Part shown: positions 9,887 to 19,686 of the stretch, one piece after another
Position numbering within the stretch: position 1 is the stretch's first letter
Layout of the letters: every line of letters begins with the position of its first letter
Origin: a bacterium
Lineage (GTDB): Bacteria; Planctomycetota; UBA1135; UBA2386
Reading direction: 5' to 3'
Length of the DNA: 64,000 nt
NCBI GenBank assembly: GCA_030432695.1
Contig: JAUILN010000016.1
Location: 113,178 to 177,177, forward strand
Notes under the pieces: model-generated
The model's database searches: none
What the model saw: the letters and a program-made list of their open reading frames with translations, nothing else
Told to the model about the DNA's origin: nothing
Translations under genes and position numbers: made by a program

Positions 9887-10471
9887 GTGGACGATCTGTC
9901 GTGGAGTCTTCTCGAGTCTGGAGCCGGCACGGGCCGGGACGATGCCGAGGATCTGCTTCCACGGCTCTATGCTGAACTCCGCGAACAGGCCCGGCGGCTG
10001 CTCGGACGCGAGCGCTCCGGTCACACCCTGCAGGCGACCGCCCTGGTCCACGAAGCGTGGTTGCGCCTCGCCGAGGCCGCCGATTTCCGCCCCGATGGCG
10101 AGGACGAGCGCCGCCGCCGGTTCATCGCCTACGCGACGACCGCGATGCGGCGGATCCTGGTCGACCACGCGAGGGGGCGGGCTGCGGACCGGAGGGGCGG
10201 CGATTGGCGCCGGGTGACGATCGACGGCGACCAGCTCGGCCTGTCCAGCGGCGGCCACGACGTCGTCGAGCTGCACGACGCTCTCGAGGTGTTGGCCGCC
10301 GACCGGCCACGGATGGCGCGGATGGCAGAGCTACGGCTGTTCGGAGGGCTGAGCACCGTGGAGGCCGGAACCGTCCTGGGGCTGAAGGCCAGTGCCGCGA
10401 AGGACGAGTGGAAGCTGACCCGCGCGTTCCTGGCGCGGGAGCTGCGCGACCTGCACGCGGGCGACGCGTAG
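9887..10471 (+). CDS. ECF sigma factor, kinase-associated type (TIGR02999-like)
   Basis: LYAELR, GHTLQATALVHEAWLRL, AMRRILVDHAR, ELRLFGGLS. Confidence 0.93.
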   Translation: MDDLSWSLLESGAGTGRDDAEDLLPRLYAELREQARRLLGRERSGHTLQATALVHEAWLRLAEAADFRPDGEDERRRRFIAYATTAMRRILVDHARGRAADRRGGDWRRVTIDGDQLGLSSGGHDVVELHDALEVLAADRPRMARMAELRLFGGLSTVEAGTVLGLKASAAKDEWKLTRAFLARELRDLHAGDA

Positions 10472-10579
10472 GCCCCGAAGCGGCCTCGCCCGGCGCGGTC
10501 GCGCGCGGTGGCGAGCCGCTCGAACGATTGCCACGAATCTCCCGGCCTCCTGACGGGTCCCGTGCGCCAAGGCGGGTGC

Positions 10580-12892
10580 ATGTCGAATCCCCTACGAGTC
10601 GTCTTCCTCGCCGCGGGCCTGGCCCTGGCTCCCTCGCCGGTTTCCCAGGACCGCATCCAGGATCGGACGCAGCATCCGGATCCGTTCGAGGCGGGCCGGC
10701 ACACGGCGTCCGTCGGGCGCAGTGCGCCACCATGGCTCGCGGCGGTCGACCGCGCGCGCGAGGGCGTGCAGCGCGATGAAGACCAGGTCCGTGGCTTCGG
10801 TCGCGACTACTCCGCCCGCTTCGCGACCACGGGAACGGAGTTCCTCGCGGCGTTCGGTGAGCGGGCACCGCGCGCCATCTCGATGGAGCTGCGCCTCGCG
10901 TCGGTGGGCCGGGGCGCGCAGCGGCTGCCGGTCCGTGCCCCGCACGCCGAGCCGACCGTGGTCGAGTCCGCCGGCGAGGCTCCCCACGTCGAGTTCGTCC
11001 ACGAGGGTGGGATCCGCGAGCGCTACCACTGCCGGAACGAGGGGATGGAGTTCAGCGTCCTGCTCGAACGCCCGGTCGGAGGAACTGGCGATCTGCACGT
11101 CCGCATGGACCTCGACACGGAGCTGGTGGTGCCGGAGGGTCGGCACGAGGCGGGGATCCGGTTGGGTGCGGGGGCCCTCGGAGCCATCACGGTCGGCGGC
11201 GTCGTCGGGATCGACGCGGACGGGCGGCGATGCGAGGGATGGATCGAATCGGGGAACGGAAGGCTGGACCTGGTGCTCCCCGCGCCCTTCGTGGGCTCGG
11301 CGCGTTGGCCGCTGCTCGTCGATCCCCTGGTGGGTGTCGAGTTCGCGCTCGGGACCGGTCCCGCCACCTCCGATCCGGACCTGGCCTACGACCCCGCGAC
11401 GGATACCTACCTGCTGGTCTACACGCGAACCCGGTCGGCCAGCTCCCAGGAGCTGTTCCTGCAGCGGCTCCACGGCGATGGGTCTCCCAACCGTGGGCCA
11501 ACCTTGGTCACGAGGGCGCGGACGGTGCGCGGCAAGGTGGCGTTCATCGCTCGTCACGGGACCTTCGTCATCGGTGCGTTGGCGGATCACTCGGGCGGAC
11601 CAACGGGCGAGCTCTTGGCGGCGGTCTTCGATCCGCGGGGAGGAGGACTCAGCTACCGCTACCCCGTCTCGGGCCAGGCCGACCTCGGGGCCGGTTTCGA
11701 CGTCGCGGGGATCCTGGGTACCGAGGAGGACGATGCGCTGTTCGTCTACTACTCGGCTACTGCGGGCGCGGTGCGGGCGTTCCAGTTCCAGGGGGTGACC
11801 CAGTCGCCGACCCCCTTCGACTTCACGACGATCCACACGACCCCGACCGCGCCCGGATCGCTGGCCATCACCCGCCAGGTCCAGCCGCGCAGCCTCTACG
11901 CAATCGCCTGGACCGGAGAGGACGCCGCGGGTCACCACGTGATGGCGACGGTCTGCGACACCGAGCTGACCTCCCACTCGCAGGTGCTCCGCCTCGACGG
12001 CGGCGGTCACCAACTCCACGACGTCGCGATCGCCGCCTCCGACGACGGCTTCCTGCTGGTGCATGCGCGCCGCGAAGCCCCCGGAGTGGCCGGTGACTCG
12101 GACATCTACGCGCACCACCTGTCGCTGTGGGCCGGAGCACTGTCGTCGCGCTTCGGCAGCTTCCCGATCGAGAACGACGCCGGCGACGACGAATCGGACC
12201 CGGCGGTGGCCTGGCTCGGGGAAGGGCACTACGTCGTCGCCTGGCGCGACGTGCTGGTGCCCGGCTACGACGTCGCCGAGATCGCCACGCTGAACGTCCT
12301 CGATGACGAGCCACGGCGTTGTGGTCGGGAGCACAGCGCCCTGGTCTCGACCCTCGCCTCGTCGCGGAATCCGAGCTTCGCTTCGAATCGTGCGACCGGC
12401 GGGAGTACGCCGCGCGCCCTGCTGCTCTGGGACTCCGAGGACGTCGTGTCCGGGGATCGTTCCAATTACGGAGTGTTCGTCGAGCGCATGGGCGCCGGCG
12501 GGCCCGTGAACGATCTCGGCGGCGGTTGCGGCCTGTCGGGCGTGGCCGGCACCAACGGACCATTCGCATTCGGCAACCGCGACTTCGCCTTCACCCTGAC
12601 GGGTGCGAATGGCGGGACGCTGACGGTGGCGGCCTGCCGGATCGGCTACGGGATCTCGCCGAGCTTCTTCCATTGCGGTCCCGGTTGCGCGTTGCTCGAC
12701 GGAGTCACCTCCCTCTACGCGAACGTCGATGCGAGCGGGAACGCCGAGGTCCCGATTCCTGTGACCTGCAACGGGGCGTTGTTCGGAGTCGCGGTGAACG
12801 CCCAGTTCGCGATCCTCACGCCGAACGCGAATCCGTGCGGCATCGCGCCGGTCTCGCTCTCGAACACCTTGCAGGCGTTCATCGGCGATTGA
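10580..12892 (+). CDS. Large secreted protein, paralogue 1 of 3 (conserved N-domain, P-x-(V/L)A...(Y/F)(L/V)VVW repeats, C-terminal GxGC...Q...SN domain)
   Basis: Signal peptide; shares E-R-Y...E-x-S...GxGDL...DAxGR...PLxxDP with 37364 and 39556. Confidence 0.85.
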   Translation: MSNPLRVVFLAAGLALAPSPVSQDRIQDRTQHPDPFEAGRHTASVGRSAPPWLAAVDRAREGVQRDEDQVRGFGRDYSARFATTGTEFLAAFGERAPRAISMELRLASVGRGAQRLPVRAPHAEPTVVESAGEAPHVEFVHEGGIRERYHCRNEGMEFSVLLERPVGGTGDLHVRMDLDTELVVPEGRHEAGIRLGAGALGAITVGGVVGIDADGRRCEGWIESGNGRLDLVLPAPFVGSARWPLLVDPLVGVEFALGTGPATSDPDLAYDPATDTYLLVYTRTRSASSQELFLQRLHGDGSPNRGPTLVTRARTVRGKVAFIARHGTFVIGALADHSGGPTGELLAAVFDPRGGGLSYRYPVSGQADLGAGFDVAGILGTEEDDALFVYYSATAGAVRAFQFQGVTQSPTPFDFTTIHTTPTAPGSLAITRQVQPRSLYAIAWTGEDAAGHHVMATVCDTELTSHSQVLRLDGGGHQLHDVAIAASDDGFLLVHARREAPGVAGDSDIYAHHLSLWAGALSSRFGSFPIENDAGDDESDPAVAWLGEGHYVVAWRDVLVPGYDVAEIATLNVLDDEPRRCGREHSALVSTLASSRNPSFASNRATGGSTPRALLLWDSEDVVSGDRSNYGVFVERMGAGGPVNDLGGGCGLSGVAGTNGPFAFGNRDFAFTLTGANGGTLTVAACRIGYGISPSFFHCGPGCALLDGVTSLYANVDASGNAEVPIPVTCNGALFGVAVNAQFAILTPNANPCGIAPVSLSNTLQAFIGD

Positions 12893-12894
12893 TC

Positions 12895-13521
12895 CGGGCG
12901 CCGATCGCGGCGATCGGCGAGAAGGCGTCCAGGCCGAGGCTGATCGGCTCGCCGGAGTCACGGCCCAGGTTGTTTCAGTCGGCCGGTTTCTTGATGCCGT
13001 CCTGCGGCCGCGCGTAGGCCAGCAGCAGGCCGGGGTAGCGGAGCGCCGCTCCCATGCCGTCGGTCAGGTCGGTCGGCAGGTTGGTCGGGTCGATCGCCGT
13101 GTCCTCGCTCATCAGGCGGAACTCATCGGTGACGTCGTTGGTCTTGCCGTCGACCGGGGCCGAGACCATCTCGTAGGAGATGTCGCGCTGGCCGTCGGGC
13201 AACAGCAGGTTGTTCGGCGTCGAGTTCGGCATGACGTGGTAGCCCCCGATGATCTCCACCGGGTGGCACATCGTGCACAGCCAGTTGTCGGTCACCGCGC
13301 CGCCGCGGTGCATGCCAGTCGCATTGTCGCCGAACACGTTGTGGCAACCGCCACAGGCCTGCATGTTCGGGGACTCGCTCCAGTTGCCACCGTCCGGGAT
13401 GTCCTCGTCGTCGGCGTTGTGGCACTGCACGCAGTACTCGACCGCGTAGCGACGACCGTGGAAGACCAGCGCGTCGTGACACTCGTTGCAGGTCGCGGTC
13501 GACACGATGTCACGGGTCGCG
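12895..13521 (-). pseudogene. Fragment of an OmcA/MtrC-like multiheme c-type cytochrome
   Basis: RDIVSTATCNECH, CVQCH, CGGCH, CTMCH (4 CxxCH). 5' end cut at oriIS copy 2; in-frame TGA at 12975-12977. Confidence 0.8.
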
Positions 13522-13665
13522 GCGCGTAGGAAACATGACGGGGGTTCTGGAGCCGAGCCACTCCAACCCGATCCACCCCGAACCCCACTGGCTCCCCCAC
13601 CAGCCCCTCGCTCGGCCCCCTCTTCTGGCCTCATCGCGGAACTCCGCCTGAACCTAGACGCGCCG
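13522..13665 (-). mobile_element. ISCR/IS91-like oriIS end, copy 2 (~144 nt)
   Basis: Same GCGCGTAGGAAACATGACGGGGGTTCTGGAGCC terminus as 5188. Confidence 0.85.
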
Positions 13666-13682
13666 AGCGGCCGTCGATCCGC

Positions 13683-14105
13683 GTGAACTACGCCGCGATC
13701 CCCCGCGAGCTGTCCGAGAGCGAGTTCTTCGGCCACGCCACGGGCTCGTTCACCGGCGCGCTGCGCCAGCGCGGTTCCGACATCGCGCTGCTGGCCGAGC
13801 AGTTCCTCCGCGACGCGGTTCGTCGCATCGGCCACCGACCTCCCCGGATCACCAAAGCCGTGGCGCGCCAACTCGAGTCCTACCCCTGGCCCGGCAACGT
13901 GCGCGAGCCCCAGCACGTCCTCGAGCGCGCCGCGCTGATGTCGCCGAGCCGTGTGCTCGAGCTCGAGATCGACAACCTCCGCGCGGCGCTCGAGCAGGCC
14001 TGTGGCAAGGTCTACGGCGCGGGCGGCGCCGCCGAACTCCTCGGCATGAAGCCGACCACCCTGGCCTCGCGCCTCGAGGCGCTGAAGATCAAGCCGTTGC
14101 GCTGA
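13683..14105 (+). pseudogene. Sigma-54 enhancer-binding protein remnant (FhlA-like C-terminus), internally deleted
   Basis: VNYAAIP...ESEFFGH..GSFTGA joins directly to LRQRGSDI...WPGNVRE...[17 protein letters not shown]; both Walker motifs are missing. Confidence 0.85.
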
Positions 14106-14245
14106 CGGCTACAGCCGGTTCCAGGCACTCGGTGTCGCAGATACGCTGGAACAGGTTCGAGGGAGTTTGCCGCCCGACGGAGCTCGTGCGCTTATGGCAC
14201 GAGGCTGCAATGTGCCTTGGAGAGCAGAAACGGGATCGAGACGCC

Positions 14246-15826
14246 ATGGAACGCCCACCGTACGACGGGAGTGCACCGGCTCCCCGCGTCGTGAACATCG
14301 AGACCACCAAGTACTGCAATCTCCGCTGCAGGATGTGCATCCAGTTCCTCAGCGGCTCGACGGTCAAAGGGCCGCACATGGCGTTCGATCACTTCGAGGA
14401 GATCGCCGACCAGGTGTTCCCGTTCGTCGATGTCTGGCAGCCCAGCGTTGCGGGCGAGCCGATCCTGACGCCCCGGTTCGGAGACATGCTCGACCTCGGC
14501 CATGCCTGGGGGCTGGGTCTCGACATGACAACCAATGGCACGCTCCAGCAGGGGGCGGCGATGGACCGGGTCGTTCGAGATCTACGACAGGTCCAATTCT
14601 CTTTCGATGCGCCGACCAAGGCGTCCTTCGAACAGATTCGGGTGGGAGCGACCTTCGAGAAGGTCGTGGCGAACATCCTCGCGCTGCAGTCACTGTGCGA
14701 GCAGCAGCGGTCGGAAGATCGGCCCATGGTGGAGCTGAGTGTCACCTTGATGCAGAGCAATGTTTGCGAGCTGCCGGATCTGGTGGACTTCGCTGCGGAG
14801 ACCCTGCGAGTCGACGCCGTGCAGGTCATGCACGTGTTTCCGGCCAATGAGGACGTTCGGAGGGAATCCCTCGTGAGTTGCCCTGAGCTTGCCGCGAGCA
14901 AGATCCGGGAGGCGGAGCGACGGGCCGTCCGACACGGCCTGGGGTTCGTCGTGTATCCACTCGCTCCGGCCTTGGTGGCGACGGTCCGAGGGAGCGGGGA
15001 GCGGGCACGGCTCACCGCGGATGCCGGGGACCACTTCGACGGTCTCGGCGAGATACGGCACGACTCCCGGAGGCAAGCACGGCTCCCGCGACGGACTCCG
15101 AAAGCGGAGGCGCGCCGTGCCGACCGGGCGGCGTCCTCGTCTCTACCGCGGCGATCGCGTGGATCCGGTCGGACCGACTTGCCCCGGTCCATTCCCTACT
15201 GTCCGCAGCTGTGGCGCCGGGCCTACGTGCATCTGGACAACTCCGTCCTGCCATGCTGCATGCCGGGTGCTCCGACACTCGGCTACTTGCACGACCAGCC
15301 GTTCGAGGAGTTGTGGAACAACCGCGCGTACCGGGCGATGCGTCAGCGGCTTCTCGGAGGTGATCCGGTGCCGGTCTGCCGCGGTTGCCAGTGGCTGCAG
15401 ACGACCGAGGACCCAGGGATCATCGCCGAGGTCCTCGCGGACATGGCGCAGACCACGGACTGGATACCGCTTCCGGACTGTCTGCTTGCCGGGTCGTCCG
15501 GGGCGTTGCCAACTCGCACGGATGCGGCACCGACTCTGGCCTGGGATCCCATTGCGGAGGCCATGGCGTACCGGATCGAGTTCTCGTTGGATCGGTTCTA
15601 CAACCTGGATCATTCGGCGCCGGGCTTGAGTCCGGACGGCCCGTTCCGCTACGAAGTTCCAGAAGACCTCTGGAGGATGGCGCCCGCGCATCGCGGCGTT
15701 TTCTGGCGCGTCATGGCTCGGCTGCCGGGCTCGGAGGACCGCGTCGTGAAGCAGGGGCTCCTGCCTCCCGAGGTTGCCATGGATGGCGTCGCTTCTGCGG
15801 GGACCAGTGTCGGGCACGAGGCCTAG
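14246..15826 (+). CDS. Radical SAM/SPASM-domain protein
   Basis: CNLRCRMC, GEP, TTNG; SPASM-like CPQLW...VLPCC...G...WN...CRGC. Start codon uncertain. Confidence 0.88.
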   Translation: MERPPYDGSAPAPRVVNIETTKYCNLRCRMCIQFLSGSTVKGPHMAFDHFEEIADQVFPFVDVWQPSVAGEPILTPRFGDMLDLGHAWGLGLDMTTNGTLQQGAAMDRVVRDLRQVQFSFDAPTKASFEQIRVGATFEKVVANILALQSLCEQQRSEDRPMVELSVTLMQSNVCELPDLVDFAAETLRVDAVQVMHVFPANEDVRRESLVSCPELAASKIREAERRAVRHGLGFVVYPLAPALVATVRGSGERARLTADAGDHFDGLGEIRHDSRRQARLPRRTPKAEARRADRAASSSLPRRSRGSGRTDLPRSIPYCPQLWRRAYVHLDNSVLPCCMPGAPTLGYLHDQPFEELWNNRAYRAMRQRLLGGDPVPVCRGCQWLQTTEDPGIIAEVLADMAQTTDWIPLPDCLLAGSSGALPTRTDAAPTLAWDPIAEAMAYRIEFSLDRFYNLDHSAPGLSPDGPFRYEVPEDLWRMAPAHRGVFWRVMARLPGSEDRVVKQGLLPPEVAMDGVASAGTSVGHEA

Positions 15827-17040
15827 TGGTCTGTCGCACAAGTTCGCGCCAAAAGTTTGGCCGGTTTGGAGGCCTAGTTCGTACCACGTAGCATGGCGAA
15901 CACGGGACGGCCGATGGCGGCTCTGACGTTGACCGACGAGGAGCGCGAAACTCTCCAGGGGTTCGTACGGCGCCGCAAGACGCATGCTGCGCTGAGCCAG
16001 CGAGCGAAGATCGTGCTTCGATGTGCGGACGGCATGGCCAACGTCGATGTAGCAGAGGCACTCGGGGTCACCAACCACACGGTTGGCAGGTGGCGCAAGC
16101 GCTTCATCGAACGACGCCTCGAGGGCCTACTCGACGAACCTCGAGTAGGACGCCCTCGCACAGTCGAAGACGAGGATGTCGTTCGAACGATCGACGCCAC
16201 TCTGCATGACGACCCGGACGGAAGAACCCACTGGTCTACACGCTCGCTGAGTGACCACCTCGGCCTGTCGAAGGATGCAGTCGCGAGGATCTGGAGAGCG
16301 TTCGGGCTCCGGCCGCATCGATCAGAGTCGTTCTCTCTGTCGAAGGACCCTCAGTTCGTCGAGAAGGTCCGTGACATCGTGGGGCTCTACATGTGCCCTC
16401 CGACCAACGCGGTCGTGCTCTGTGTCGACGAGAAGTCGCAGATGCAGGCGCTAAACCGCACTCAGCGCATGCTTCCGTTGACGCCGGGTGAAGTCGAGCG
16501 ACGCACGTGCACCTATGAACGCAACGGCACGACCACACTCTTCGCCGCGCTCGAAGTCGCTACAGGGAAGGTGATCGGCGACACGTTTCGCAGGCACAGA
16601 TCCAAGGAGTTCTGCGCCTTCCTGAACCAAGTTGATCGAGACGTTCCCGAAGAACTCGACGTCCATCTCGTGCTGGACAACCTCGCGACGCACAAGACCG
16701 AACAAGTTCACAACTGGCTGGTCCATCACCCGCGCTTCCACCTCCACTTCACTCCGACCTACTCGTCTTGGCTCAACCTCGTGGAGCGCTTCTTCTCAAT
16801 CGTCGAACGGCGCGTGACCCAGCGGGGAGTCCATCGATCGGTGGCTGAACTAGAACGCGACATTCGCGAGTGCCTGGAAGCGCACAACAAGGACCCGAAG
16901 CCTTTCGTGTGGACCAAGACAGCCGACGAGATCCTCGAGAATCTCAAGCGATACTGTGAGCGAGCTTCAGCGGTCCGCGCCGAGAAGGACCGCCGCCGAA
17001 AGAAGGAAAACTCATGACGCGAACTCTTGCGACAGACCAC
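15826..17040 (+). mobile_element. IS630-family insertion sequence, apparently intact
   Basis: Terminal inverted repeats GTGGTCTGTCGCACAAGTTCGCG / CGCGAACTCTTGCGACAGACCAC; TA at 15824-15825 and 17041-17042. Confidence 0.95.
15893..17017 (+). CDS. IS630-family DDE transposase
   Basis: N-terminal HTH (RAKIVL...VGRWRKRF), [24 protein letters not shown]. Confidence 0.97.
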   Translation: MANTGRPMAALTLTDEERETLQGFVRRRKTHAALSQRAKIVLRCADGMANVDVAEALGVTNHTVGRWRKRFIERRLEGLLDEPRVGRPRTVEDEDVVRTIDATLHDDPDGRTHWSTRSLSDHLGLSKDAVARIWRAFGLRPHRSESFSLSKDPQFVEKVRDIVGLYMCPPTNAVVLCVDEKSQMQALNRTQRMLPLTPGEVERRTCTYERNGTTTLFAALEVATGKVIGDTFRRHRSKEFCAFLNQVDRDVPEELDVHLVLDNLATHKTEQVHNWLVHHPRFHLHFTPTYSSWLNLVERFFSIVERRVTQRGVHRSVAELERDIRECLEAHNKDPKPFVWTKTADEILENLKRYCERASAVRAEKDRRRKKENS

Positions 17041-17182
17041 TAGGAACTCTGCAGATCAGCGGGTGCGCAGGCCGATCGCCAGGCCGAAGAGCTGCTCGAC
17101 GCCGCCGCTGGAGTTGCCACGGATGCCGTAGATCCGGGCCACGCCGTTCTTGCCGGGCAGCGTGTGCGTCGCGCCAACCACC

Positions 17183-17469
17183 GCATCGCTGGGCGGTGGC
17201 AGCGGGTAGAACACGACGCGGTCGGCGCCGGACGACACCGTGAAGACCCCATCCACGAACAGGGCGTGGAAGTGCGGGTTGAGCGGCAGCGCCGAGTCGA
17301 AGCGCTGCACCGACACCACTGCGGCTGGCCGAGCATCCTCGATGCCCTGCCTGCGTGCCTGACGGCGCTGCAGGGCGAAGCACGAGCGCACGAAGATCCG
17401 GCAAAGGTCGCCGAGGAGATCCGGGTCACGGGCCACTGGAAAGCGCAGCTCGAAGGGCAGGCTCAGGAG
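17183..17469 (-). pseudogene. Internal fragment of the ISCR-like transposase (HUH region)
   Basis: LSLPFELRFPVARDPDLL...QRFDSALPLNPHFHALFVDGVF, closely matching 44120-44410. Confidence 0.9.
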
Positions 17470-17497
17470 TTGTTGGAGTCCGCTCGCCGACGCGTCC

Positions 17498-17821
17498 TCA
17501 CCCGTCGTTGCAGACCACCTCGTACTCCCATGGGCCGTAGACCGTTCCATCGGGCGAGATCTCGTGGAATGACAACCGGAACAGCGAGCCGCACGGCGCA
17601 TCCACGATCCACCACCACTGGGCGCCCTCGGGAATCCCGCCTACCAACACGGCTTCCCACTCCCCGTCTGCGTTCAGTGCCTCGATGAGGGCGACGACGA
17701 CGTGTCCGGTGTTGTTCGTGACCGGGCCGATCACGGTACCCGGTGGGATTTGGATCTGGGCCGCGGCGCTTCCGCAGAGCACCGCGACGAACAGGATCGC
17801 GGAGAGGATCTTGCTTCTCAT
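17498..17821 (-). CDS. Small secreted hypothetical protein (107 aa)
   Basis: GGAG RBS, signal peptide ...GSAAA-Q, two Cys in the mature part. Confidence 0.75.
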   Translation of the reverse strand: MRSKILSAILFVAVLCGSAAAQIQIPPGTVIGPVTNNTGHVVVALIEALNADGEWEAVLVGGIPEGAQWWWIVDAPCGSLFRLSFHEISPDGTVYGPWEYEVVCNDG

Positions 17822-17993
17822 GTTCGTTCTCCAGTTATTGGGTCCAGACGCGGCGGAACGGACCATCGTTGGCGTCCGGCCGCCCGTGAACCTGGGTGCG
17901 AACGGGAAGGAGATCGAACACGGAATCTCGACGAGATCGCGGTCTCGCTGCCGACGGCGCCTACCACGGACGTGACCGCCCCCACCGTTCGCC

Positions 17994-18212
17994 TCAGACG
18001 ATCTCTGGCATCGCCATCCACAGCTTCGCGATGCCATGCAGCCGGGCGATCAGGCCGGACATGACGCCGACGATCATCAACGAGCGACACAGGGTCCTCG
18101 ACTCTTCGTCGACGAGGGGGCGGAACAGGGTCGCGAGAGGCCGCGGCCACAGGCGCGCGAACACGCCGAGAACGACCAACCAGGTGCCGGTCGCGGCGAT
18201 GAGGTAGTGACC
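17994..18212 (-). pseudogene. 5'-truncated membrane protein fragment abutting oriIS copy 3
   Basis: Hydrophobic frame LIAATGTWLVVLGVFARLWP... starts exactly at the element end. Confidence 0.45.
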
Positions 18213-18757
18213 GCGCGTAGGAAACATGACGGGGGTTCTGGAGCCCAGCCACGGCAACCCGATCCACCCCGAATCCGTTCAAATCCCCCACCAGCACCCC
18301 GCTCGGCCCCCTCTGCTGGCCCTTCGCCCGACCCTCAACGCCCCGCAGCCCGCGCCGACAGACCGGTGGCCCGAAGCGACCCCACACCGGCCCCGCTCAG
18401 TGCACTCTGATCACTCCGCCCACAGGTCCGGCGCCCCCGGCAGCGGACGCGCCGGTGAGTGCGGCGGCAACTCGGCCGGATGCCCCAGGTGCGACAGCAC
18501 CCGCGTGATCGTCCGTGGATCGGTGATGAACGTGAGCAGGCGCCGGCGAGTCTCGCAGTGCGGACAGAACATTACGTCCACCCCAAAGCTCCTAAGCGTC
18601 AACTCCGCCCACGTCCAGCGACGCCGCCATTGCGGCTTACGCCGCCGCTTCTCGCCCACCGCCCGGCATAGCCGCCGCTGCCTCGACCGGAACGCGGGAC
18701 GCTCCCCTCGTCCTCGCGCGGTACCGGCACCACCCGCTCGCGGTTCGACGCCGCGGG
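18213..18757 (-). mobile_element. ISCR/IS91-like oriIS end, copy 3, with uninterrupted transposase C-terminus
   Basis: WTWAELTLRSFGVDVMFCPHCETRRRLLTFITDP...APDLWAE* (stop at 18411), 198 nt from the terminus. Confidence 0.9.
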
Positions 18758-19440
18758 CTCCTCGCGGCGGGGTCGAGCCCGATCTACCAGTTCGCCCACG
18801 CGTTCCGTGATGGCGAGGTGGGAAGGCGGCACGCGCTGATGGACGAGGTGGAGTCGTTCGTGCGGGACTTGCTGCCGGCAGCGGGCGACGTGCCGTTCGC
18901 TCGGAAGACCTACCGGAAGGTGTTCCTGGATGCGGCGGAGGTCGACCCGTTCGCGACGTCGGTCGCGGAGATCTGTGCGGTGTGCGAGCGACTCGGTGTG
19001 GCGGTGCCGGCGGGCTTCGAGGAAGGATCTCTCGACGATGCCCTGGACCTCCTGCTCGTGTGGCACGTCGAGCCGCAGCTGGGCGGAGGCGTGCCGCTGT
19101 TCGTATATGACTACCCCGCATCGCAGGCGGCACTGGCGCAGGTGCACGAGGGCCCGGATAGCCACCGCACGGCGCAGCGCTTCGAGTTCTACGTGGAGGG
19201 CGTGGAACTGGCCAACGGCTACCACGAGCTGTTGGATGCGGCGGAGCAGCGGACGCGGTTCGAACAGGCGAACCGGACGCGGGTCGCGGACGGGCGCGCC
19301 GAGCTGCCGATGGACGCGGAACTACTCGAGGCGCTGGCGGCAGGGATGCCGGCTTGCGCGGGCGTTGCCCTGGGGTTCGACCGGCTGATGATGCTGGCGA
19401 CGGGCGCGACGGAAATCGGGGACGTGCGGTTCGGCTGGGC
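18758..19440 (+). pseudogene. epmA: EF-P lysine aminoacylase EpmA/GenX fragment
   Basis: LLAAGSSPIYQFAHAFRDGEVGRRH|ALMDEV...YDYPASQAALA...RFEFYVEGVELANGYHEL...GVALGFDRL. N-terminus and the NPEFTMLEWY segment are missing. Confidence 0.88.
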
Positions 19441-19686
19441 GCTCGAGGGCGGCGCACGACTGCCGCACGACCTCGAGCAGAGCCCTCGGCCAGCGCCACT
19501 GCACACCGTCGCCGGTCGACAGCTCGCCGACGGACGACAGCTGTCGGAGCGAGGGCAGCCTGGGCGCCGACGCCCCCCGGTGACCGCGGCGGTCAAGACG
19601 TTGGCGCGCCCGGTCAAGAGGGCGCCGAAGCCCCCAGCTAGGTTTCTCGCATCGCAACGACACCCGAGAAACGAGGAGCCCGAAGC

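Noticed and set aside
12975-12977. In-frame TGA in the cytochrome fragment as selenocysteine
   Set aside because: Context PAD*NNLG is not a Cys-type position, the gene is otherwise broken, and TGG to TGA is the simpler explanation.
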